Shown: in pieces, positions 1 to 11,129 of the stretch | How positions within the stretch are numbered: position 1 is the first letter of the stretch | Layout: each line of letters begins with the position of its first letter | Source of the DNA: Kudoa neothunni | Taxonomy: Eukaryota > Animalia > Cnidaria | DNA length: 64,000 nucleotides | Assembly (NCBI GenBank): GCA_964304625.1 | Contig: OZ199840.1 | Span: 9,346,882 to 9,410,881 of the forward strand | Direction: 5' to 3' | Made by a program: the position numbers and the translations under genes | The notes under the pieces: model-generated | Databases searched by the model: none | Seen by the model: the letters and a program-made list of their open reading frames with translations, nothing else | What the model was told of the DNA's origin: nothing

Positions 1-59
1 TTGTTCAATCAGTAAAAATGTGGTAACCACTGATAAAAACTTCCCAATATGCAAAAATC

Positions 60-325
60 AGTCATTCAAAGTTCAGTCGATGATGACTGCATAACAAGTT
101 TTGCGAAAATTGTCCAAAAAATACATGTCCCATCACCTTATTTATGGTCTTTTTTTAAACCCAAGTGAGATATTTTCCATTATTTGATATCAACTGTGAG
201 AAATAAAAATCATGCCCACAATAAGAATTATCTAATGCTATTACGAAGGACCAACTAAAATTACGCCTAAACAATACTTTAACGACTTCAACTATTCAGA
301 CTCAGTTTAATCGTTGTTTAAACTT
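60..325. repeat. Dispersed repeat (unclassified TE relic); inverted copy at ~22585-22850
   Basis: The reverse complement of 22585-22850 aligns colinearly, e.g. aatgctattacgaaggaccaactaaaattac vs aatgctattacggaaggaccaactaaaattac. No intact ORF. Confidence 0.7.
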
Positions 326-1187
326 AGAAACTATTGATAATCGAAAATATGTTGCATTTTGATCTTGAAATATTGTAATAAAGAACCTTGATTTATGTGT
401 CATCCCTGATCGAAAACTTTGCCCATCTAACATTTAACAATTGTCCTTATAGTTTTTACACCGTTATTTTTTAATTTAATCTACCCTGAAATAAATATTC
501 CAAATGTATTTACAAACAGCCTACACATGTCCCATGCTTTATTTTACGTCTTCAATAATTCATATCATAGTTGTATGGATAATTGAGAAAATGTGAAAAT
601 TAAACTCTCACTTGATTTATTTAAAACTATTTTTACTCCTAATTTTTTATTATATGTTATACTAAAATTATTCCCGTTAATTTTTCTGTTATTTAAGCAA
701 TTCAAATTGATAAAGTTAAAGACATATAAAATAACGACAATTATTTTTATTTTTTATAATTATCAACTTATCACTCTAAATTTTAAATATTTCAACATAA
801 AAAGATATTTTGCTTATCATTCCAATCAACAAAAATTAACTCTTACATTTTAATGAAAACGAACTAATAATCACACTTTCTCGAATTATAAAAGTATTTA
901 TTTAAACCCCAGAATGTTTATATTGGTATTATTCACTAAAATTAACTCGTCAATTACTCCGATTTAATAATTTTAAAAATAATTGAAAAGGAAGTAAAAT
1001 ATGCAATCATACATTTCTATATATTCGAAAATAAAACTAATTTATTAATAGAGAATTTAAAAACAAATGAATTCACACGTAGAAACAGTACTTTAATATT
1101 TTTAATTGCCTTCGCTGTATTTCGTATGTGTACGGTTGACGAGTCAGTTAATTCGACCAATTGCTTTGTTGTTGTCATTTTCTTTCA

Positions 1188-4100
1188 ATGGATATCATAA
1201 TCCAGTCCATAAAAAGTAATTCTATTATATTAGTGGATAAAAGGTGACATGTACAACTGCCTAATGTTGCATTTTATTGTTTGTTTTTGATACATCTAAC
1301 TCCTGCATCTCATTCACCTTTTATTTTATCTCTATTAATCCATAACGATTATTTCTATAGGTATCCAGCATGAAATTAGAAAAAAAGATGATCTAAGTAT
1401 ATTATATGTGTTTATATTGGATCATATGTTTGGTTGCTGATGTTTATATTGAACCGATTTTCGCCCTCACCGTTCGTCGCTTGCGTGGCTCAATGGTGAG
1501 AGCGTCGGTCTCCTAAATCGAAGGTTGGGGGTTCGAGTCCCCCCGTAGGCGGGCGTACTTATTGCACTGCTTTGTATTCCTAAAAATGCAGCAATGCAGG
1601 CGTTGCGTTACTTACTTAAACCTTTAGTTAGTCAGTTAGTTAGTTAGTTAGTTAGTGTTGTATTATATTTGATCAGTTTACTAACGTCGCACCAATACCG
1701 GCTAGATCTAGATTTGAATAATTAACCACTATTACACACTTTTATATATTTAATCAAGTCAGCTTTTTATCTATTTTCTCGTAGGCAATTATAGAAGCTT
1801 GTCCTCAAGGCGTGACGTTGATAAGACCACAGTTATCCAGAATGTATTTTCTTAATGTAAATTAGTTAATCGATCAGTTAAAATCATTTGTAGATCAAGC
1901 AAATGGGTGCACATAGTGTTCCAATCTACAAATGTCGCGATATTTTGATGGCACTATTGTATCTAGTCTATCAAGTAATTTCCTACATTATGCTATTCAA
2001 CCGCAAGTATTAACTACCATCCAAGGGCACACAATTCACTGATAGTGAAGCTAACGATATTTTTTTCTGTTTAACTCAACTCTTCACCAAAAAGGACCCC
2101 ATTGTGAAACGTCTGCTTCACATTTCGATAAAAGAACTCTCTAAACTTTCCAACGATGCGATTGTAGCCACTAGTAGTCTGATCAAAGATATCAACCTTA
2201 GTGTGGATTTTTACAAACCATCAGCAATGCGAGCTTTGGTTAGAGTAACCGACAAAGCGATGATAGGTTCTATAGAACGATACCTTAAACAATCTATTGT
2301 GTCCAGTTACAGTCCCTATGTTTCAGCGTCGTTAGTCTCATCGTATTGCATCCATAACCCCGACATGTTGAAGAAATGGACTAGCGAAATCACCCAAGCA
2401 CTCTCAAGTGGTCATCCTTCAGTGGAATACCATGCCATTGGTGTGTCATATTTGATGCGATGTGACGATAAATACGCACTCATCAAGATGATTTCCAAGT
2501 ACGGCACCTCAGTCAACTCTCCTATGGCTGTGGTGTTTATGATCAGAATCTGTACATCGTTGTTGATGCGACTGATGGCTGACAATGGTTCTCTTTCGAA
2601 TCGCCACAAATCAGTCGATCCACTTGCTCACCCATCAGACGATACGAAAATTCTGCTCTTGTTTCTTTCCAACTGTCTGAACACAAGAAGTGAAATCATT
2701 GGATTGGAAGCATGTCGAGCTTGTATTGCGCTCAAATCACTTCCCAACAAGATAGTCCAGCTTATTTTGAACATTCTCAAAATGCATTCCAACTCTTACA
2801 AAAGTTGTGTGCGATTTGCAGCTGTACGTACGTTGTACGATATGATCACCAAACACTCCTACCTAATGGATACCATATCGAAGGAGATGAAAGATCAGGT
2901 GGAATTTTTATCGAATGACGACAACAAAAATATATGTGTGTATGCGATAATTATGTCGCTGAAATTATCAACTCCATCCAATCTCAAAAAATCACTTAAA
3001 CTCTGCTCTCAATTGATGAAGGAGTTGAACGATGAATTTCGCGTCGAAATTGTTAAACATATGGCTGTGATTGCATCCAAACGCACTGAACATGGAGAAG
3101 TGTTGCTGAAGATATTTGATGATTGTTTACGTAACGAAGGTGGTTTTCCTTTCAAGAGTTCGGTTGTGAGTTCGATTGTGGTGCTGTTACGTGTAGATCC
3201 CATTGTGCAAAAAGCGTGTGTTCGCTCATTGTGTGAATACCTTGAGGATTGTGAGTACAGTAGGTTGGCGATTAAAATTATCCGACATATTGGTGTGCAT
3301 ATCGGATGTTGCAGCAATCCTTCCAGTTGTGTGCGTTACATTTTCAATCGTATATTATTGGATAAGTCGGAAATTCGATTGGCAGCTGTGCGCTGTTTAG
3401 CTCACATTGCTGGCCAGTATCAATCTCTTCGAGGTGATATCGCAGTTTTGTTACAACGTTGTATGGCCGACCCAAGTGATAATATTCGAATGGAAGCTGA
3501 TATGTATTATCGATTGTTATCCAATGGCAGTAATGAAGACCAACTAATAAAATCTTACCTCTGCTCCACAATCAAACCCAGCCCCTCTGATATACAACAA
3601 CTTAGATTTGCTGTTTCGCGCTATCTTACGGATGGGAATTTCGAACAAGCTTGCAATATCAACTCGTATAATATGGATGAATGTGTGGAGGGAGATAATT
3701 TGGATTCGGCTGCTAGCCCAAAAATCGAAAGGGCTATCAGCGACAGTTTCAACAACCAACCAGATGCCATGTCTGATCAGATCAACCGTGATGAGGGCGC
3801 TAGTGACGAAAAATCCCAACTTGAAAATGCCCGTAAACAATTACTAAAAGTTGGCGATATGTTTGATGGTTGTGGCCAACTGTTGTCCATGTCGAAATGG
3901 CCCTCCAACCTCACCGAAATCGAATCCGAATATGTGGTGAAAGCGACCAAATATGTATTCGATCAACACATTGCGATCGAGTTCATCATAAGAAACACCG
4001 TGAAGGATATTGAAGTGGATGAGGCCACCTTCGAATTCACACCTCCCGAAGAATTTACTGTAGTCGCATCGAACAAATCCCCTCCTATTGGCTACAATGA

Positions 4101-4679
4101 ACAAGGTTCGTGTTATTTCCTGATGAAACTGCCAATCGATCCCCTCAATGTTACCGGCTACTGCACAAATTGCAGGATGAAATTCAAAGTGAAAGACACT
4201 GTCAATAATGCCACCTATGATGATTTTTACGACGTTGAAGATGTACCTATTGTGGTCGGCGACTACGTTATCGGGGTGGAAACCTACTCATTTGATTCTG
4301 AATGGAATTCACTTGGCAGTGATCACGAACTTAACGATGGTTTCCTATTGGATACAGTTGACTCTATTCAAGGTGTGTTTTCGATATTTAGTAAAGTTGG
4401 GCGGTTTTCATTCGGTGTGTATTTTTAGGTGCTGTCGAAAAGGTGACGCAACTCCTGGCCTTAAATATTGTTCATGATAATGTTGTGCCGTCGACTAAAG
4501 GCATGCAAGGAACCAAGAGAATAGTAAAGATGTTCGGCGATTTTAAAGCTAACCATTCAATTGCTTGTATACTTGAATTTTCCAAACTACCCAACATTGA
4601 TGGAATCACTGTGAATGCTTTCTTCAGAAGTAGCGATCCTTTAGCCTGCGAGATTTTGGTTAGTTCATTATACAACTGA
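1188..4679 (+). CDS. COPG: Coatomer subunit gamma (gamma-COP), 6 exons: 1188-1215, 1361-1396, 1785-1843, 1894-1974, 2026-4372, 4429-4679
   Basis: Splicing at GT-AG sites gives a continuous frame: MDIIIQSIKSIQHEIRKKDDL...VDKTTVIQN...KCRDILMALLYLVYQGTQFTDSEANDIFFCLTQLF. Later motifs RFAAVRTL, EGGFPFK, LCEYLEDCEY, RYIFNRILL and LTEIESEYVV are characteristic of gamma-COP. Confidence 0.95.
1479..1551 (+). tRNA. tRNA-Arg (anticodon CCT), inside COPG intron 2
   Basis: Cloverleaf: acceptor GCTTGCG/CGTAGGC, D-stem GCTC/GAGC with TGG, anticodon stem TCGGT/ATCGA with loop CT-CCT-AA, T-arm GGGGG TTCGAGT CCCCC. Length 73 nt. Confidence 0.93.
1624..1655. repeat. (TTAG)n microsatellite in COPG intron 2
   Basis: ttagttagtcagttagttagttagttagttag. 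Confidence 0.85.
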
Positions 4680-6316
4680 TTACAATTTTTTCTAATTCCA
4701 TATTTTTCTTTTTTCTCCTGCACATTCTAATAACTAATAAAATTGATTCTTTTCATTATTTATATTGCGAATAAAGTCTGTTTCACGTGTTCCGATATTT
4801 TAATTTATTTTTTAACATCTTCATTCGTTTATGTGACCGTTCTAAAAATCTTTACATGCTCGCCTACCTATGTTAATCCATTGAAGTTTTCAATTGCAGA
4901 AAATTTCACATCTTTAAGTAATGTTAGTATTAGTATTTAATGAGAAATCTTAGTTTTTGTGTGTAAATTAATTATTTTTTAACAGGACAAATAATACAAT
5001 TGAAATGTTTTTGATATTTAAATTATACATTAAAACTCTTCAATATATTAATGGCTATCAAAATCACTAATATATAATGAAAAATATGAATTGGTAAGGC
5101 TAACTAACACTTTGCTTTTCGTATTACTGAAGCATTTTTATCATTTCAAATCAAAAACCCTTGATATTATAACTTATTATTTATAATTTAAATTATAAAT
5201 TAATTAATATCAAGGCTGGCGTTTTTTAAAAAAGGTGAACAGATTTTAAAATTGATTCTGAAGACGCATTGATTTATTTCACGATTATATGATTTTAAAA
5301 TTTATATTTTGTAATTTAGACTAATTAATTATGAAGTAGAAATAATTATATCGTCTAATGATCTAGAGATAATTTCGTAATAAGTCTGAAATTATATTGT
5401 ATTTTAAGAATTTCTAATCCTTGGTTTCCACGGTATTTTCAAAAATAATAATGCTATTTAACCTCCCTGTACTACGAGGTAAAAGGGTCACGCGTGTTCT
5501 GAAGGGGTCCCCCGGATCCAAATGCAGATTTGTCTTAATGGATCTTAATTTCTTTGTGTAATGCTTTAAACAATTTTACAACCATTTATAACGTGTTCTG
5601 TGTAGGAAAATAAATTAATTATGAAGCATTAATAGGCTACAAAACAGAGTTCCATAATGCACCAATATCGGCTATCTAAAATTAAGAAAGAATTTAATGG
5701 TAAAAAAATTAAAATTAAACATATTTCATCAGAAAAAAAGTAATTTGGTAAATGAAACACACTTTAAAGAAGAAATCGCAAGTAAACTTGATCCGAGGGG
5801 ACAGCAATGGCGGCAGCGTTTCCGTATAAAATTGGAAACAACAAATTAAAAAAAAGTTGATTAAATCGAATAAAGCTCTGTTGAATCTAATTTGTAATTT
5901 TTCAAGTATTTTTAATGATAATTCAAAATATTAGGTCTTCACAAAGCCCCTCATAATAATTAGTAACTCAAATATTTTCAACAAAATCTGACATAATGAG
6001 ATAACACATGTGCGATTTTGATGCTGAGCAATTGCACATCAATAATAAATAAATATCGAATATAAATTTGAAGCTTACGTTTAATTAATATGAACAATTC
6101 AAGAGATTGAGGATCGCAGCGTTATAAAGTTATAAATGAGAAAATCATCGCCAAAAATCAACATAATAATTTACAATCAATCCAATGGATTATTATCTAA
6201 CGGTGGGGATATGTTTTGACTTGAATTCAAACTAATAATTCTAACCAACTTGAGGTGTCTTGAATAGCCAATCCAATATATATAACCTAGAATTATCAAT
6301 CATCAAAATGTTTCCT

Positions 6317-7855
6317 TTAACATCGCATAAAACTACAAAAAATTAGTTGATCAATTAATAACCTACCCATAAGTAGCATCACATTGGACATAACACCAAG
6401 CAGTACATTATATTCCAATGAAAATAGATTTAAATTACAAAAATAACAAGCAGAAGAGTGATGGTTTGTTTGGAGAGGATATTTGTCAAAGTAACTCAAA
6501 CAGTTAGTGTATTGGGTGGTATTTGATCGAGAGTGCCAACACAGTGAAAAATTAAACAATAACACTAAATCATTTTCACACGTTGAAAATGGGATCAAAC
6601 AACTACTTGCGATTGCTAAAACGCTGAGATGAGTCCATATTAAATGGTTGGAATTAGTGTGGTTTCTGTTGACAGATTTCCCATCGTATAACTGCCAAAA
6701 TATAAAGAAAATTTGGCTGACCAAAGAGAGTCCATAATCAGCGCCAGTAACCAACAAATAAAACTGTTGATAGTTGATGGGGAGTAATGACTGGAACCAA
6801 TCACTGTTGAAACTGTAATGTTGAGCTAATAGGTTACATTTTGGGTAGGTTGAGAGAATAATATACAGATTAATAGTAGGTGTCAGCAGGAAAATCAACA
6901 CCACACCAACATATCGATAAAGAACAACCGCAAAAATAGAATATTTAATTTTTTCGCCCACAATAGGAGTTTGAGCATGAATAAAATGATATAAACGGAG
7001 GTTGGACAACAAAGCAAGTACACCCACAACTATGACTAGTCCAATTCCAGCAAAATGCGTAGTTACAATGGCATTATTGAAGCTGCATTCGGAGGTGGTA
7101 TAACGCACCGCTGACAATGGACTCAAAACAGTCGCAGATATGGAGGAAAAATTCACTATCATACACCACATCAAATACACACATGAGGCCGCAACTGTTG
7201 GGCATATAACAACCAACAGAATCAAACTAGTTTTGGGGATTTCTTCGATCAGATCTTCGATTTTTGTGAATATCAAAAACAAAGGGAAATTTCGAAGGAT
7301 TCTGTGTACAAATACACTCACAAATAAAGACGCTTGGTCAACAGCCGTCTTAAGGTTAATCATTTCGTCAGTGTTGTAATGTGAGGTAAGGATGTAAGTA
7401 GAAAATCCAACAACTATCAATCTGATGCCGTATGAGTTGTATAACACAGTGTGGAAAGTGTTGGTGACTGAGAACAATTTTGAGACAACCAACACACTAA
7501 AATCCAACAGAAATATGCCCATCATTGATATTACAATGTTCTGTGAAACCAACTCCAAAGTGACATCTATACAAATATTATTCGGAACCAACCCACCACA
7601 AAGAACAGTTCCATTGGTTCCAAAGCTATGATTGAGATACACAAGAAAATTGTTAAATGAGTAGTTTCTATTTTTAAGTACAATCATCAGGCCTACTACG
7701 ATCACCACAACCGACACATAAAATCCAGCATATACGACCACCCCAAACGTCACATTTTTAAGTAGGTGACTCACCATATAATCGACCAACAACACCAACA
7801 CAAATAACCCAAATGTGACCACCAAATATAACAGCACAATTGGAATATTATTCAT
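6317..7855 (-). CDS. Uncharacterised multipass membrane protein (512 aa, single exon)
   Basis: Long open frame in AT-rich DNA with roughly 10 or more hydrophobic segments and several N-x-S/T sequons. No family motif recognised. Confidence 0.7.
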   Translation of the reverse strand: MNNIPIVLLYLVVTFGLFVLVLLVDYMVSHLLKNVTFGVVVYAGFYVSVVVIVVGLMIVLKNRNYSFNNFLVYLNHSFGTNGTVLCGGLVPNNICIDVTLELVSQNIVISMMGIFLLDFSVLVVSKLFSVTNTFHTVLYNSYGIRLIVVGFSTYILTSHYNTDEMINLKTAVDQASLFVSVFVHRILRNFPLFLIFTKIEDLIEEIPKTSLILLVVICPTVAASCVYLMWCMIVNFSSISATVLSPLSAVRYTTSECSFNNAIVTTHFAGIGLVIVVGVLALLSNLRLYHFIHAQTPIVGEKIKYSIFAVVLYRYVGVVLIFLLTPTINLYIILSTYPKCNLLAQHYSFNSDWFQSLLPINYQQFYLLVTGADYGLSLVSQIFFIFWQLYDGKSVNRNHTNSNHLIWTHLSVLAIASSCLIPFSTCENDLVLLFNFSLCWHSRSNTTQYTNCLSYFDKYPLQTNHHSSACYFCNLNLFSLEYNVLLGVMSNVMLLMGRLLIDQLIFCSFMRC

Positions 7856-8376
7856 TATTGACTTTCATTTGCGAGTATAATCATGTGAATTTGTTGATTT
7901 TTCGACTGTTTGTAGTATCACTGGCAGTTGGATACCACTTGTGTCGAGATCACAATTTTGTCACACCTCACACAATTGGGTTTGGTTGCGATCTATTCAA
8001 ACAACCTCACGACTGCAATAGCCATAGGAAATCTCCAACTTATTTCCAACCTTTATTTAAACTATAAGTCTAATTTTTATTTCTCTTCCTATGATATTCT
8101 GCATATTTTTCAACCCCATTTCACTCAAAATCTGTTCACTCCTCATTATAATAATAGGGAGTGAACATGGCGAACAACAAAAATGCTCTTTTTATTTCGC
8201 CAACCAACATAACAGTAACAAAGAATAAAATCTTAATTATCCAATTCTCTATTTTTCTATATCGCAATATTGCAATTATCATTTTACATGAATAATAAAT
8301 TGGTCGGTTGGATACAACCCTCAAAAATTCTACAAATGTGAAACCCCGAACACAATCGGATCATACCGAATCAAAA

Positions 8377-9633
8377 ATGAGTGGCAAGGTCCTGTTGATT
8401 TTATGTGTGAATCAAATTGAACTTTATCTAATGTAGACGGTGGCGAACAAACCCAAAATTCGTTGGACTAGAAAAAATCGAGTGCTTGTTCTTAGTGAAA
8501 GAGGCATCGGATTCAGGTAAAGTTGAAAATGTGGAATTCGATGTGTATATTGTTGTTAGAACCCGCCATCTTATGTTGGATGTGATAGCTATGTTGCCTC
8601 ATTCTAAAACAGAAAACAAAGTGGAAAAAGATCTCTCAGTTGAAGATATAAATGAGGTTTTTTCATTCTTATTCTATTAGTTTAATAAGTGAGTTTATAG
8701 TTGTGTGACCTTAGAAATTGTAAGTATTGTCTCTTTTTTCAGATGAGAAAGCACAAAGACACTTATTTATGGTATTTATGGCTTTATTATTTGATTGTTG
8801 TGTTAGGTCAGTTGGATTTCTGAAATAACTCCAAACTTTAGGATATCTTCAATTGAACAAGGACCATCAATCAAATTTCTCGTTGAAGGAAGTAAATTTA
8901 AACACCAAATTATCTGTATGTTTGGATTGGGGTTTTAGTTTACACAGTGGATGAGTTGAGCTTTAAAGGAAACAGCCTTAAGGGGAGTCGTCCTATACTT
9001 TCATTCTCAAAAGTAGTTCAAAATTCAGCATAAGTATTTCATGTAACACTCGTTGATTTCAGGAATTTGATGATCAATCAAGTACCGACCATTGTTATCT
9101 GGGAGTTGTGAAAAAATTACTAATCCACACGTTTGGAGTACCTTTGGGTCACCCTAAAAGCAAACCTTTTATCGATCATTGTATATCGTTTTCATTTTTG
9201 GACGGGAAGATATGGGTTAGAAACTATCAGGTAAATAGAATTGACGGTTTGTGAGTTGTTTTATGTTGGTCGAATAGATTGTGTATCCTGACACAGTGGC
9301 TCCAACCAAAACCTCAACCAAACAACTTGAAATGGTTGAGATCGGTCCTCGTCTTATAATGACTCCTATAGCTTTGTTCAAAGGTAGTTTCTGTGGCAGC
9401 GTTCTCTACAAAAATCCCTCTTATGTTTCTCCCAACACGGTATATATTGTTTTGTGGTGAAAATATGGCAACCAACAATGTTGTGTAACCTGATTTGTGT
9501 GTAGGTGCGCTCTTTGGAGAAAAAACGCGAGGGAATTCATACCAAAATTAAATTCGCGTCCAATATATTTAACAAACAAGTCGACCAACTTAGACACATA
9601 CCTGATGATCCAATCGACAAAATATTCAAATAG
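8377..9633 (+). CDS. BRIX1: Ribosome biogenesis protein BRX1 (Brix domain), multi-exon
   Basis: Spliced translation gives WTRKNRVLVLSERGIGFRTRHLM...PHSK...GPSIKFLVE...ELSFKGNSLKGSRPILSF...HPKSKPFIDH...IWVRNYQ...VEIGPR...YVSPN...DPIDKIFK. Introns are short GT-AG. Confidence 0.95.
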
Positions 9634-9881
9634 AACAACAACTCAGTGTTCTTCGCGCCGTTTTACAACCATTTTTGTCATTACAACTATTTACAATTAT
9701 TTGTATAGATCGTTAGTTTACAATTGTGATTATTTTAATACATTGCCTGGCATCAAATTCATTAAAAAATTAAGTTTCAGATAAAATATATTTTTATCAA
9801 CCAATTGTTCGGCTTTTAAGTTCATAATACTTAGCTTAAGATATTGCGAGTTCATTTTTTGATAATTTGTATTAATATACA

Positions 9882-11000
9882 CTAGCGGGAACTTCCCAGC
9901 GTTGCTGGGGGAAGATTTTGCATAGATTCTTTTCTAGATAATATTCAAACAATATATTGAAGTTACGAATTAACCCATAGATGCAAAATAACTAACAATT
10001 TTTAAGTGACATACTTCCAACTATTTGGATTAGCGAAATTTAAATTAGGGTAATTTCTTCGAAAGATTGTAACAATCCTGGCGTTCATTTAAAAACTTCG
10101 TGGCTCGGTACCAACATTAAATAATTAAAGGTCGGCGTCGTATTTTTTTCATTCCCGAATTATTTAAATCCCGCAAGAGTGTTATCTAAAACGTTATTTT
10201 TTATCCAAGCTCAGAAAGTTCATTCACAGCTATTCATGAGAGATAAAAAAATATATAGAGATAGAAGAAATCATAAGAAAATTATTTTTTATTGCTAGAT
10301 AAATATCCTTTGGCCCAGCATCAACATTAATGAGCTTTTTCTCACAAACAAACAGTTAAAAATCGCTTTAATATCAACTTGAATAATTTAAATAATTTGG
10401 TGAAATAAAAGTGAAATCATCTGCATTGAATTTAATCACGGAAAGTTAAAATTAGCGGGCGATTTCAATGAAACCTACGGACGCATTATTTCCATTATAA
10501 CGCGTGAACCAATTTATTTTTAACGTCCTACACAAATTCATTGTTCATGAAACATATATAAATTTTTTATCACATCTAAAACCATTAACAGAACCTTTAA
10601 AAAGTGTTTATCTAGTCAAATACGTTAAAACTCCACAAATAAGGAGTGTATTTTCATAAACACCAATCTTATACACAAAGATAGAAGATATCGTCTAATT
10701 TAAATTTGATAAAGTAAATAAGGAGGAAAGTTCACTTCAACCGACCTTCACCATGACATAATCCGATGTTAATCCAATTATTGAACTTACGTAATCCGTT
10801 AAACAAACTTTAAATCGACAAAATCACCATTTTCAAATTACTTTTGGGATGCTTTGTAATATGAAAACGATTTAAAGATTTTTTTAAACATTGTAATTTT
10901 CAAAAAATTTCATAAATGTCTCTCTATAAGGAATACATTTTGACGCACATGCGTACTTGCTGACACACACGGAAACTTCAGCTTTATATATATATATAGA
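9882..11000 (-). mobile_element. Non-autonomous Helitron
   Basis: On the minus strand: 5' TCTATATATATATATAAAG, 3' hairpin CCCAGCAACGCTGGG followed by CTAG. Inserted between A and T with no TSD. Confidence 0.75.
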
Positions 11001-11129
11001 TTTTCGAATAGAAAAGCGAACAAAATTCATAAGCTTCTGTTATTAGTCCACACAAATTTAACCTCAAAATACAAACTCTTGTGTCCCCTAGTTTTTACTA
11101 TTCATAATTCGTAATTTCATTGTTATTAT

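Noticed and set aside
593-853. Short AT-rich ORFs here and antisense ORFs within COPG, GAL3ST and the transposases
   Set aside because: Low-complexity I/K/F/L composition or shadows of real genes, with no motifs.
1370-1396. ATG at 1370 (MKLEKK) as the COPG start
   Set aside because: That frame stops at TAA 1394-1396. The upstream exon at 1188 gives a continuous frame.
1624-1655. (TTAG)n as a telomeric repeat or CRISPR-like array
   Set aside because: It is a short intronic microsatellite with no spacers, and it is not TTAGGG.
5457-5830. Possible piggyBac end TTAA|CCTCCCTGTACTAC
   Set aside because: No matching opposite terminus or transposase relic could be found.
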